A DNA stretch of 64,000 nucleotides from Lepidodermella squamata (taxonomy: Eukaryota; Animalia; Gastrotricha), in the NCBI GenBank assembly GCA_047495785.1, contig JBLDXI010000020.1:3100001-3164000 (forward strand), written 5' to 3'. The notes beneath the pieces are model-generated. The model did not search any database. It was not told the DNA's origin and worked only from the letters and a program-made list of their open reading frames with translations. The translations under genes and the position numbers were made by a program. Positions 36,731-46,842 of this stretch are shown in pieces (within the stretch, counting starts at the first letter, position 1; each line of letters begins with the position of its first letter).

Positions 36731-39700
36731 TCACACTGATACATTGCGTATAAATGAGTGTCCATGCGCATATGTGCTCACGCCGTCGCTGCGTACCCAT
36801 CTTTTATCATCATATGGACATAGCGCTACTTTAGTACTTTGAATAGTTACCAGCTTATGATTAAACGATCGAATTTGATTGAACGTAGCTTTAGTCACTA
36901 CATGCTTCAATACGCAATCTTTATAGTTTTCAAATTGTATCTGCTTTTTCACACAATGTTTGACAACTCCTTTAGCTTTCTTTACTGATGTCTGTTTATA
37001 GAGCCCAGAGTTATCTCCAGCACTCGAAATTACTGTAGATTTAAAGCTATATGATTTGGATCTCAAGCCAACGAATTCAGTAATGGTTGAAAGGGTAATA
37101 CCTCCCGCGCATTCATCTTTGAACTTACCAATAACTTTCTTGTTCATGTTTGAATGCAATGCGTGATCTTTAGGGTAATCACTGAAGTCCATCAGTTCTT
37201 TGAGACTTTCCATGTCCTTATATATATCTGCTGTTTCTACATGATAACACAGTGAATCAGTATCAGTGAATAAGAGCTTCGCTTTATCGCCATAACTATT
37301 CTTTATCACGTTGTAATGAAAATCATACATTAGAGTTTTCGATAATTCTAAAACGCTGAAACCGACAATAATCGGACGATCAAATTTAATTGATGTTTTT
37401 GCCATATTTACGCTGCATAAATCTTCGGCAATCACTTTGGCATCTTTGAAATTTGGCTTGTTTATCAATTTTTGTAATTTCGTGGATTGAGTCACAAGTC
37501 TAACGTCAACTCTTTTTCTTAGATTCTCCATAGTTTTTCCGAATACGGCATTATTCATTAATTTGAAGAAGTCTTTTTCAAAGTCATTTTTAGCTTCACT
37601 TCTTTTCTTAGTATTAAATTCAATATACGGTGCCAGCCATTTGGACTGCTCAAAGATCAACACTTTATGCACTTTTTTCAAAACCAAACCCATTTTCAAT
37701 GCCTGCTTCAGGTTTCTGTAATGAATAATATAGCGAGTCTTGTCATATAGATTTTGAGTCAGCTTTTTCATGACTGGCGGTTTCGGCAGCTTCAATTCTT
37801 GGATAACATTTTGCATGAAAGGGCTAGGGTTGCAACTTGTCTGCTCAGGGCAGAATGGATAGTCATTATGCGCATCGTGCAGCGTTGCAGGATATTCTAA
37901 ATCTACCATAAACATATATCCAGTGTTATCATCATCTCCTAAATTCATTATAAATTCGGTGGTATATTTATCCAAGTTATTTTCCCATTGATATCGTCCC
38001 AATGGTAATACTTGTGACATGGCATAGCCGTAAAGATTATTAGCATCCAGGTATATTATATATGAATCAGGCTTCGCCGGATCGTATTCTAACATGTATT
38101 TGTTGTTTGCTCCTGCATATCTATGAGTAATTACGCTGACACCGCCTCGAATTCCCTCCTCTACAAATGTTAGCATTTCTTCGTTATCTAATAGTTCGAT
38201 TTGAACTCCGGTTTTCTTCAACATGGCATCCCAGGACAAGCTTGGTGCCGTTAAATAATGAGCAGGATCCAAAGTATAATACTTCATACATGTTTCCCTG
38301 AAACTTTCGAAACAATCAGCTAAAAGTAACACATCAGTTTTCAAATAAAGGTTATGATAGTCTTTCAGTTTTCGACAGCCAAATTCATTATATACACGTT
38401 TAGCGTGTTCATAATCTTCTCGTGATATTGGTACCCGCTCTAATTTCTCATCTATTGAACTTGAGTGAAGGCTGCTAGAAAAATGTTCAATATCTGGTAG
38501 CGAAGGCTCCTCCAATTTTTCAGGGCCATCCATATATTCATAGGGATAAAATCCCTTCTGTTTTATCAGATCTAATTGCAGGTCTGTCAACCTCGAAAAT
38601 TGACTCTTTAAATGAGGAAACGCTCCGTTTGATTTTTTCAAATTTTGTACCAAATCAGCCAAACTTATTGACATGAAATTAAGACTATCCATGAACCTTA
38701 ATTTTCCAACGTTGAAGGAAATGAATTTCTCTGAGCTATTCGCAATCGCTCCTATCTGTAGCAGAGGTTTCTTGCTACGATTTTTCTGATCCTTTGGTAA
38801 TTTATCCCTTTCTTTTATTCTTTCCTCATTTATTTCCTCTATCACTTTTCCAGCTGCCTGTAAAATCAAATGTGCATCATAACCTTTCAAATTATGAAAT
38901 ACAACTGGTATATTGATATTTCTATAGCTATATTTCAAGTTACATAAACTATGAGCTGCACCTCTGTAATAACCTGTCAGATGATCATGATCTCGCACTT
39001 TTTTCAATTTCTCTGAATCATTGACAATGACGCCTTTGCAAATATGACACTGTGATGCCTTATTGTATTCCATTTCTTGTTGCCTTGTCAATTGCATCGC
39101 CTTGTTGGTATTTCTCAGATATGTACTCAAAAAAGATTCGGTTTTTATCAAATATCTCAGAAATTTCTCAGTGCATTCCTCGCCCTCAAATTTTACATAC
39201 CGTGAGGTGATGCTATCCACATCACTTGCAAGGTAAGCACCAAAAGAGTTCGCTACATGTTTCTGAAAAATATTCGAGTTTTCTCCCTTTTTCTCATCTG
39301 TTTTAACCAGGAAACTCTCTGCGTCGCAATAAAATACAAATGGTATTTTTAGTTGTTTGCCATAATTTTTAAACATAACCGATTCGCCCTTGGGCATTTC
39401 AACTTTAACTTTCCCATTTTTCTCATTGCACTTCTGTCTATCAATATGTTGTTGCTTTGACTCAGCGCTATTAAAACCTTGAAAACATTTGAAACACCAG
39501 AATCGCTTATGCTCATGCTTGTTCACTCGTGATAAAAGTGCACTTGGATTTTTAATCCAGCAGTAATGTGCTTGCTTATTTTCAACAATTCTGAGCAGAT
39601 TAACTTCTTCTCGAAATTTTTTATCTGATACGTAAAACGGGAAGAGGACCTCCTTATCAATTTTCCCACATTCAATAATGTTGATTCGTATTTTATTCAT

Positions 39701-40972
39701 ATCTTCCAATTTCGATATATCTTTAATGGTAACTGGGAATTTTACGCCTTCAATTTTTATCGTACTTTCATATTTAACATACTTCGAAACTCGGTAAGCA
39801 TGATCATCAAATCGATGTCGTGAAGCGAGAATGCTCCATATTATGCATTTATTATCTTTGTTCTGGACATTAATGACAGCTTTTTTATTAGCGATCCATT
39901 TGGGTGTCTCAATATATGAGCCAGCTGCCAGCGGCGTATACGTAAATGTACATACGCTTGTATTTCCAATACCTAACAAAGTCCCACCAGTATCTCGCTG
40001 ATGGTATTCTTGAATACTCGACCCCATTTGTGTGAACATATTTTCTACAACACCAGGGATATCTTCGCAACTAATTATTGTTGGGGCTCTCTCATTTGAT
40101 GAACTCCATTTATAAGTTGGTGTCGCGTTATTTTCTTGATAATATAAGGCTGTTATCAACACAGCTTTTACAGGGCCGCGTTCAGTGAATTGTTTCCAAT
40201 ATTCGTTTATTACTTTAGGTTTAATTTTCCTTGCATATTCGAAAAAATCTATTTCATATGTGTTTGTTGGCTCTAAGTCAGTGCGAGAAAGAATATTTCT
40301 GAAATGTCCGAAATTATCAACATTTACTATATGAAAGTAATCATCCTTTTCTAAGCTGTTAGTACCTTTAACGTATTTATATCCATCCGCAATGAGCTGA
40401 TGAAACTTATTGCCATCAATTTTGATCTTATTCATTGTTTTTGGGTTGACAACAAACCCAATCTTTTCCTGTCTTTTAAACATTTTATTTGAATTATCTT
40501 TAATAGCATAGCCCTGTCTTCGCAAGCTTTCATATCTTTCTCCACCTATCAGTATAGGCTCACCATTTATCGGGTCAAATACATATCCTTCTCTTATCTT
40601 ATTTTTATATTTGATTAATATGTTATTTTCAGAATCGTAAGCATGTGTATTTCTAACCATTTTTACAAATTCTCTTGATCCGACTTCAATTTTTCCGCCA
40701 TTTAAAAATGCTATTTTTTTTAGTTGGTTTCTATATTTTTCATATTTATAATTACGTTCTATCAATTGATTAAATATTTCCCCATTAACAGGGATTAAAC
40801 TTCCGTCTTCAGGATTAACAACATGATGAATATACGGCTGACCATTTTTAAGCCATTTTTTACCAATTTCATCATATGTAAAACCCTCTTTAATGTACTT
40901 TCTGAAGGCTTTTCCACCCATTTTCATATCAAAACCCTTTGGACTCTGTATGCACGAATTTTCTTGACTCAT
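36731..40972 (-). CDS. Protein-primed family B DNA polymerase (pPolB), 1413 aa
   Basis: Exonuclease motifs YCDAES, FHNLKGYD, YLKTD. Polymerase motifs DANNLYGYAM, KLMNNAVFGK, TDTDS. Inserted CxxC...DHDH...AHSLCN segment. Confidence 0.97.
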   Translation of the reverse strand: MSQENSCIQSPKGFDMKMGGKAFRKYIKEGFTYDEIGKKWLKNGQPYIHHVVNPEDGSLIPVNGEIFNQLIERNYKYEKYRNQLKKIAFLNGGKIEVGSREFVKMVRNTHAYDSENNILIKYKNKIREGYVFDPINGEPILIGGERYESLRRQGYAIKDNSNKMFKRQEKIGFVVNPKTMNKIKIDGNKFHQLIADGYKYVKGTNSLEKDDYFHIVNVDNFGHFRNILSRTDLEPTNTYEIDFFEYARKIKPKVINEYWKQFTERGPVKAVLITALYYQENNATPTYKWSSSNERAPTIISCEDIPGVVENMFTQMGSSIQEYHQRDTGGTLLGIGNTSVCTFTYTPLAAGSYIETPKWIANKKAVINVQNKDNKCIIWSILASRHRFDDHAYRVSKYVKYESTIKIEGVKFPVTIKDISKLEDMNKIRINIIECGKIDKEVLFPFYVSDKKFREEVNLLRIVENKQAHYCWIKNPSALLSRVNKHEHKRFWCFKCFQGFNSAESKQQHIDRQKCNEKNGKVKVEMPKGESVMFKNYGKQLKIPFVFYCDAESFLVKTDEKKGENSNIFQKHVANSFGAYLASDVDSITSRYVKFEGEECTEKFLRYLIKTESFLSTYLRNTNKAMQLTRQQEMEYNKASQCHICKGVIVNDSEKLKKVRDHDHLTGYYRGAAHSLCNLKYSYRNINIPVVFHNLKGYDAHLILQAAGKVIEEINEERIKERDKLPKDQKNRSKKPLLQIGAIANSSEKFISFNVGKLRFMDSLNFMSISLADLVQNLKKSNGAFPHLKSQFSRLTDLQLDLIKQKGFYPYEYMDGPEKLEEPSLPDIEHFSSSLHSSSIDEKLERVPISREDYEHAKRVYNEFGCRKLKDYHNLYLKTDVLLLADCFESFRETCMKYYTLDPAHYLTAPSLSWDAMLKKTGVQIELLDNEEMLTFVEEGIRGGVSVITHRYAGANNKYMLEYDPAKPDSYIIYLDANNLYGYAMSQVLPLGRYQWENNLDKYTTEFIMNLGDDDNTGYMFMVDLEYPATLHDAHNDYPFCPEQTSCNPSPFMQNVIQELKLPKPPVMKKLTQNLYDKTRYIIHYRNLKQALKMGLVLKKVHKVLIFEQSKWLAPYIEFNTKKRSEAKNDFEKDFFKLMNNAVFGKTMENLRKRVDVRLVTQSTKLQKLINKPNFKDAKVIAEDLCSVNMAKTSIKFDRPIIVGFSVLELSKTLMYDFHYNVIKNSYGDKAKLLFTDTDSLCYHVETADIYKDMESLKELMDFSDYPKDHALHSNMNKKVIGKFKDECAGGITLSTITEFVGLRSKSYSFKSTVISSAGDNSGLYKQTSVKKAKGVVKHCVKKQIQFENYKDCVLKHVVTKATFNQIRSFNHKLVTIQSTKVALCPYDDKRWVRSDGVSTYAHGHSFIRNVSV

Positions 40973-40975
40973 TCT

Positions 40976-41088
40976 TATATATATTATATTAAGAAAATAA
41001 TTCCTTATATAGAAATTTCAATTTTTTTCTTTTTCCATATTCTTTTTGGAAATGCTTAAAGAATTATTTTCTTGATATAATATATATA
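40976..41088. promoter_or_regulatory. Divergent promoter region with a 28-bp inverted repeat (27/28 match)
   Basis: GAATTATTTTCTT(A/G)ATATAATATATATA lies directly upstream of both pPolB (40976-41003, minus strand) and ORF 41099 (41061-41088, plus strand). Confidence 0.55.
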
Positions 41089-41098
41089 GAAATTCACT

Positions 41099-41350
41099 AT
41101 GACAACAATTAATAAGCAACCCAGAGGTAGACCTAAAAAATACCTGACAGAAGAAGAAAAATTATTAGCATATAAAGAGGTTCATAAAAACAGCTGTAAG
41201 AAGTACTGGCGTGAAACGTTTCACATGGCGCAATTGAACGATACGATTCTTAATACGACAGATAAGCTGTTGGTTATTTCAGAAAAGCAATTGGAGGAAC
41301 TTGTCAGTAACATCATCGCGAATAAATTGAAAAATATTTTCTTGACTTGA
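41099..41350 (+). CDS. Small AT-hook-containing protein (83 aa)
   Basis: KQPRGRPKK AT-hook motif at the N-terminus. Confidence 0.65.
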   Translation: MTTINKQPRGRPKKYLTEEEKLLAYKEVHKNSCKKYWRETFHMAQLNDTILNTTDKLLVISEKQLEELVSNIIANKLKNIFLT

Positions 41351-41470
41351 TATATAGATGTGAAATATAAATATTACTTAACGCATTGAAGCCAGTTTGA
41401 ACTCATTCTTATATATCCACCCTTTTCCCATTTTGACTCAGTAGGGAGTAATTCATAAATGCATCACTCT

Positions 41471-42937
41471 CTAATCAATGATATTTTCTGCTTTTTCCCA
41501 TGTAGGATGGTCATATCCTGCCCATTTAATTAAAACCATATCTTTCCCTTTAACTTTCTTCCTTTGTAATATTTGCTCAACTCGGTGAATACTGTTGTCA
41601 TATAAATCACTCTCATTTATTTTAGATTTTAGTAACTCCTGCTCATAAAAACTTCCAACTACTTCCTCTCCGTCTAATGCTTTTAATTTATATGTTCTTG
41701 GATATGTATCATTGACTTTTACTATTCTCAACAATTCTTCAGACCAATTTGGATGAAATCCTTTTTCAAAATGCTCTTTAATCCTACTAATCCTGACAAT
41801 GTCATTCAGCATGAATTTTGGCTTTTTCAATTTTGGCGAGGGATTAGGATAGAGACTTCGTAATACCCTTTCTTTGTTATTCGGATTTACTGCTTCTGAC
41901 GGGGTCATCTTAATTGATCTATGATTCTTATTGTTATAAGCATCCAACAAAGTATCTAACATATTTATCCATCTTCGTGTATTTTCGAGAGTAAACCTCT
42001 TCCACATCATAGTTTTAAGTGTTCTATTAAATCGCTCTATAATTGGGTTATGAAAGTTTTCATACGTCGAATATCTGATGACATCATTTGTTTTTAACCA
42101 TTTTGTGAATATTGAGTTATAAAATTCACTACCTTCATCAACCCAAATATTGTTTGGTTTTCTGTTACTTTTATTTATAACAGTCATGAATGCGTCAAAT
42201 ACAGTTTTAGCATCTTTTGTTTTTAATGGGACAGCCCATGCATATTTTGAAAAGCAATCAATGATAGTTAAAAGATATTTGTAGCCATCATTGTCATCTG
42301 CCAAGTCAACCATGAAACATATATCCATTCCCCATGTTTCATCAACATCATGGAGGATAACCCTGCGTCTTGGAAATCGCTTTCTAACCGGTTTATGTAA
42401 TTCATCAGCTAGAATTGGGAAGTTTACTTTACTCGTTTCTAAAGGTTCGGAAAGATTAGGAACATGCTTGATTTTCTTAATCTTTTTAGTTTCATTTTTA
42501 CTTACTAGTTTTGGCTCTTCATAACTTACTTTCGTCTTTCGTTCACGAAGTGTCATTCCTTTTCCTTGAAACTTATCAGCTAAACCACCCTCTGTAAACG
42601 TTTTGTAAACAAAAGCTGCCATCAGTTTTTCATTACTATTTTTATTCGGATCCTTAGCAATTTTCAAAGCTTTTTCAGCCAAAATTCTATCAGATATTGT
42701 TCGTGGCTCCCTATCTCTATGAAAATAATAAGCTGCATCATGTTCCATTGCTGCTCTATCCAAATCATTTATGCCTTTGTATCCTTCGTTTATCCTTTGA
42801 ATAAATTTAGTGCCGGGGCCAGCATATGAATACTTGTTCGTATTGTTAAAACTACCTTTCCGCACATATTCACCGAAACCTGGAAAACTAGGTAAATGCA
42901 ATTCGGTCGGCAAGTTATTAATTATCTGATCAAACAT
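41471..42937 (-). CDS. Parvovirus-type PLA2 domain fused to rve DDE integrase and chromodomain (488 aa)
   Basis: PLA2: YAGPGT...DRAAMEHDAAY. Integrase: WGMD, WVDEGSEF, IERFNRTLK. Chromodomain: VEQIL...LIKWAGYD.PTWE. Confidence 0.93.
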   Translation of the reverse strand: MFDQIINNLPTELHLPSFPGFGEYVRKGSFNNTNKYSYAGPGTKFIQRINEGYKGINDLDRAAMEHDAAYYFHRDREPRTISDRILAEKALKIAKDPNKNSNEKLMAAFVYKTFTEGGLADKFQGKGMTLRERKTKVSYEEPKLVSKNETKKIKKIKHVPNLSEPLETSKVNFPILADELHKPVRKRFPRRRVILHDVDETWGMDICFMVDLADDNDGYKYLLTIIDCFSKYAWAVPLKTKDAKTVFDAFMTVINKSNRKPNNIWVDEGSEFYNSIFTKWLKTNDVIRYSTYENFHNPIIERFNRTLKTMMWKRFTLENTRRWINMLDTLLDAYNNKNHRSIKMTPSEAVNPNNKERVLRSLYPNPSPKLKKPKFMLNDIVRISRIKEHFEKGFHPNWSEELLRIVKVNDTYPRTYKLKALDGEEVVGSFYEQELLKSKINESDLYDNSIHRVEQILQRKKVKGKDMVLIKWAGYDHPTWEKAENIID

Positions 42938-43012
42938 TTCTGAAGTATAGCTAGAAGTTCAATGGTTTTAAAAAATCCTAATATTTTCTAAATTTCTAAT
43001 ATATTTATAAGA

Positions 43013-43348
43013 ATGATTAATTTCGATGATATAGTTTCCAAAGGCAGTAATAATTATATAAATCCAAATCCGTTTTTCCCACAGCATCCTGCTAGAATAT
43101 TAATTATCGGGCCTAGTAATTCAGGTAAAACTAATGATTTGCTGAACATCATACATAACTCATTTTTTCATAAAATATACGTTTATTCCAAAACACTTGA
43201 TGAGGATAAGTATCAATTTCTAATAAATGTTCAACATCGGAAAGAAGAGGAATTAAAGAAATCGGGTATCTCCGAAAGTCTCATTCATTTTAGCACAGAT
43301 TTAAAAGATGTAATACCTATGGAAGATCTGGATAATCTGGATAATTAG
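43013..43348 (+). pseudogene. Truncated copy of the packaging ATPase (first ~107 codons)
   Basis: Identical to the N-terminus of ORF 46112, broken at the duplication junction gatctggataatctggataattagg. Confidence 0.85.
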
Positions 43349-43638
43349 GAACATGCTTGATTTTCTTAATCTTTTTAGTTTCATTTTTACTTACTAGTTT
43401 TGGCTCTTCATAACTTACTTTCGTCTTTCGTTCACGAAGTGTCATTCCTTTTCCTTGAAACTTATCAGCTAAACCACCCTCTGTAAACGTTTTGTAAACA
43501 AAAGCTGCCATCAGTTTTTCATTACTATTTTACTATTTCTTCTAATAAATGTTCAACATCGGAAAGAAGAGGAATTAAAGAAATCGGGTATCTCCGAAAG
43601 TCTCATTCATTTTAGCACAGATTTAAAAGATGTAATAC

Positions 43639-44148
43639 CTATGGAAGATCTGGATAATCTGGATAATTAGGAACATGCTTGATTTTCTTAATCTTTTTAG
43701 TTTCATTTTTACTTACTAGTTTTGGCTCTTCATAACTTACTTTCGTCTTTCGTTCACGAAGTGTCATTCCTTTTCCTTGAAACTTATCAGCTAAACCACC
43801 CTCTGTAAACGTTTTGTAAACAAAAGCTGCCATCAGTTTTTCATTACTATTTTTATTCGGATCCTTAGCAATTTTCAAAGCTTTTTCAGCCAAAATTCTA
43901 TCAGATATTGTTCGTGGCTCCCTATCTCTATGAAAATAATAAGCTGCATCATGTTCCATTGCTGCTCTATCCAAATCATTTATGCCTTTGTATCCTTCGT
44001 TTATCCTTTGAATAAATTTAGTGCCGGGGCCAGCATATGAATACTTGTTCGTATTGTTAAAACTACCTTTCCGCACATATTCACCGAAACCTGGAAAACT
44101 AGGTAAATGCAATTCGGTCGGCAAGTTATTAATTATCTGATCAAACAT
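43639..44148 (-). CDS. Stand-alone PLA2-domain ORF (169 aa) created by the duplication, copy 1
   Basis: Identical to the integrase N-terminal ~161 aa, with a new tail YPDYPDLP. Confidence 0.6.
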   Translation of the reverse strand: MFDQIINNLPTELHLPSFPGFGEYVRKGSFNNTNKYSYAGPGTKFIQRINEGYKGINDLDRAAMEHDAAYYFHRDREPRTISDRILAEKALKIAKDPNKNSNEKLMAAFVYKTFTEGGLADKFQGKGMTLRERKTKVSYEEPKLVSKNETKKIKKIKHVPNYPDYPDLP

Positions 44149-44421
44149 TTCTGAAGTATAGCTAGAAGTTCAATGGTTTTAAAAAATCCTAATATTTTCT
44201 AAATTTCTAATATATTTATAAGAATGATTAATTTCGATGATATAGTTTCCAAAGGCAGTAATAATTATATAAATCCAAATCCGTTTTTCCCACAGCATCC
44301 TGCTAGAATATTAATTATCGGGCCTAGTAATTCAGGTAAAACTAATGAGAAGAGGAATTAAAGAAATCGGGTATCTCCGAAAGTCTCATTCATTTTAGCA
44401 CAGATTTAAAAGATGTAATAC

Positions 44422-44931
44422 CTATGGAAGATCTGGATAATCTGGATAATTAGGAACATGCTTGATTTTCTTAATCTTTTTAGTTTCATTTTTACTTACT
44501 AGTTTTGGCTCTTCATAACTTACTTTCGTCTTTCGTTCACGAAGTGTCATTCCTTTTCCTTGAAACTTATCAGCTAAACCACCCTCTGTAAACGTTTTGT
44601 AAACAAAAGCTGCCATCAGTTTTTCATTACTATTTTTATTCGGATCCTTAGCAATTTTCAAAGCTTTTTCAGCCAAAATTCTATCAGATATTGTTCGTGG
44701 CTCCCTATCTCTATGAAAATAATAAGCTGCATCATGTTCCATTGCTGCTCTATCCAAATCATTTATGCCTTTGTATCCTTCGTTTATCCTTTGAATAAAT
44801 TTAGTGCCGGGGCCAGCATATGAATACTTGTTCGTATTGTTAAAACTACCTTTCCGCACATATTCACCGAAACCTGGAAAACTAGGTAAATGCAATTCGG
44901 TCGGCAAGTTATTAATTATCTGATCAAACAT
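44422..44931 (-). CDS. Stand-alone PLA2-domain ORF (169 aa), copy 2
   Basis: Identical to 43639-44148. Confidence 0.6.
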   Translation of the reverse strand: MFDQIINNLPTELHLPSFPGFGEYVRKGSFNNTNKYSYAGPGTKFIQRINEGYKGINDLDRAAMEHDAAYYFHRDREPRTISDRILAEKALKIAKDPNKNSNEKLMAAFVYKTFTEGGLADKFQGKGMTLRERKTKVSYEEPKLVSKNETKKIKKIKHVPNYPDYPDLP

Positions 44932-45526
44932 TTCTGAAGTATAGCTAGAAGTTCAATGGTTTTAAAAAATCCTAATATTTTCTAAATTTCTAATATATTT
45001 ATAAGAATGATTAATTTCGATGATATAGTTTCCAAAGGCAGTAATAATTATATAAATCCAAATCCGTTTTTCCCACAGCATCCTGCTAGAATATTAATTA
45101 TCGGGCCTAGTAATTCAGGTAAAACTAATGAGAAGAGGAATTAAAGAAATCGGGTATCTCCGAAAGTCTCATTCATTTTAGCACAGATTTAAAAGATGTA
45201 ATACCTATGGAAGATCTGGATAATCTGGATAATTAGGAACATGCTTGATTTTCTTAATCTTTTTAGTTTCATTTTTACTTACTAGTTTTGGCTCTTCATA
45301 ACTTACTTTCGTCTTTCGTTCACGAAGTGTCATTCCTTTTCCTTGAAACTTATCAGCTAAACCACCCTCTGTAAACGTTTTGTAAACAAAAGCTGCCATC
45401 AGTTTTTCATTACTATTTTACTATTTCTTCTAATAAATGTTCAACATCGGAAAGAAGAGGAATTAAAGAAATCGGGTATCTCCGAAAGTCTCATTCATTT
45501 TAGCACAGATTTAAAAGATGTAATAC

Positions 45527-46036
45527 CTATGGAAGATCTGGATAATCTGGATAATTAGGAACATGCTTGATTTTCTTAATCTTTTTAGTTTCATTTTTAC
45601 TTACTAGTTTTGGCTCTTCATAACTTACTTTCGTCTTTCGTTCACGAAGTGTCATTCCTTTTCCTTGAAACTTATCAGCTAAACCACCCTCTGTAAACGT
45701 TTTGTAAACAAAAGCTGCCATCAGTTTTTCATTACTATTTTTATTCGGATCCTTAGCAATTTTCAAAGCTTTTTCAGCCAAAATTCTATCAGATATTGTT
45801 CGTGGCTCCCTATCTCTATGAAAATAATAAGCTGCATCATGTTCCATTGCTGCTCTATCCAAATCATTTATGCCTTTGTATCCTTCGTTTATCCTTTGAA
45901 TAAATTTAGTGCCGGGGCCAGCATATGAATACTTGTTCGTATTGTTAAAACTACCTTTCCGCACATATTCACCGAAACCTGGAAAACTAGGTAAATGCAA
46001 TTCGGTCGGCAAGTTATTAATTATCTGATCAAACAT
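45527..46036 (-). CDS. Stand-alone PLA2-domain ORF (169 aa), copy 3
   Basis: Identical to 43639-44148. Confidence 0.6.
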   Translation of the reverse strand: MFDQIINNLPTELHLPSFPGFGEYVRKGSFNNTNKYSYAGPGTKFIQRINEGYKGINDLDRAAMEHDAAYYFHRDREPRTISDRILAEKALKIAKDPNKNSNEKLMAAFVYKTFTEGGLADKFQGKGMTLRERKTKVSYEEPKLVSKNETKKIKKIKHVPNYPDYPDLP

Positions 46037-46111
46037 TTCTGAAGTATAGCTAGAAGTTCAATGGTTTTAAAAAATCCTAATATTTTCTAAATTTCTAATA
46101 TATTTATAAGA

Positions 46112-46813
46112 ATGATTAATTTCGATGATATAGTTTCCAAAGGCAGTAATAATTATATAAATCCAAATCCGTTTTTCCCACAGCATCCTGCTAGAATATT
46201 AATTATCGGGCCTAGTAATTCAGGTAAAACTAATGATTTGCTGAACATCATACATAACTCATTTTTTCATAAAATATACGTTTATTCCAAAACACTTGAT
46301 GAGGATAAGTATCAATTTCTAATAAATGTTCAACATCGGAAAGAAGAGGAATTAAAGAAATCGGGTATCTCCGAAAGTCTCATTCATTTTAGCACAGATT
46401 TAAAAGATGTAATACCTATGGAAGATCTGGATAAACGTTATCAACATCTATACATTTTTGATGATGTATGTTTAACCGAAAAGAAAAGTCAAGAAAAATA
46501 CATTGGCGATTTATATATAAGAAGTAGAAAATACAACTGCTCAGTTGTGTATTTATCTCAATCGTATTTCAAAGTTCCAAAAATAATCAGGGACAACGCT
46601 TTATTCGTTGTGTTAAAGCATTTGAATGATTTTAGAGAGGTTAAAACTATTCATAACATATATGCATCCGAAATAGCAAGAGAAGACTTTATGAAAAAAT
46701 ATGAAGAAAGCATCAGCACTTACAATCGCCATGGTAGTTTCATTATTGATTGTAATTCCAGGCATAAGTTTCTGAAACTGAGAGCAAACTATGTAGGCAT
46801 ATTTCATTCGTAA
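46112..46813 (+). CDS. A32/FtsK-HerA-like DNA packaging ATPase (233 aa)
   Basis: Walker A GPSNSGKT, Walker B YIFDD, and RSRKYNCSVVYLSQSY (Arg and Gln motifs). Confidence 0.93.
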   Translation: MINFDDIVSKGSNNYINPNPFFPQHPARILIIGPSNSGKTNDLLNIIHNSFFHKIYVYSKTLDEDKYQFLINVQHRKEEELKKSGISESLIHFSTDLKDVIPMEDLDKRYQHLYIFDDVCLTEKKSQEKYIGDLYIRSRKYNCSVVYLSQSYFKVPKIIRDNALFVVLKHLNDFREVKTIHNIYASEIAREDFMKKYEESISTYNRHGSFIIDCNSRHKFLKLRANYVGIFHS

Positions 46814-46842
46814 TTATCTAGTCATTGATTAAAAACACTTTC

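Larger units (their letters stand above)
43335..46433. repeat. 3,099-bp internal tandem amplification of the PLA2 / intergenic / ATPase-5' segment (units of 322, 783, 783, 322 and 889 bp)
   Basis: Identical ORF ends at 43317, 43639, 44422, 45205 and 45527. The ATPase start repeats at 43013 and 46112. Confidence 0.9.
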
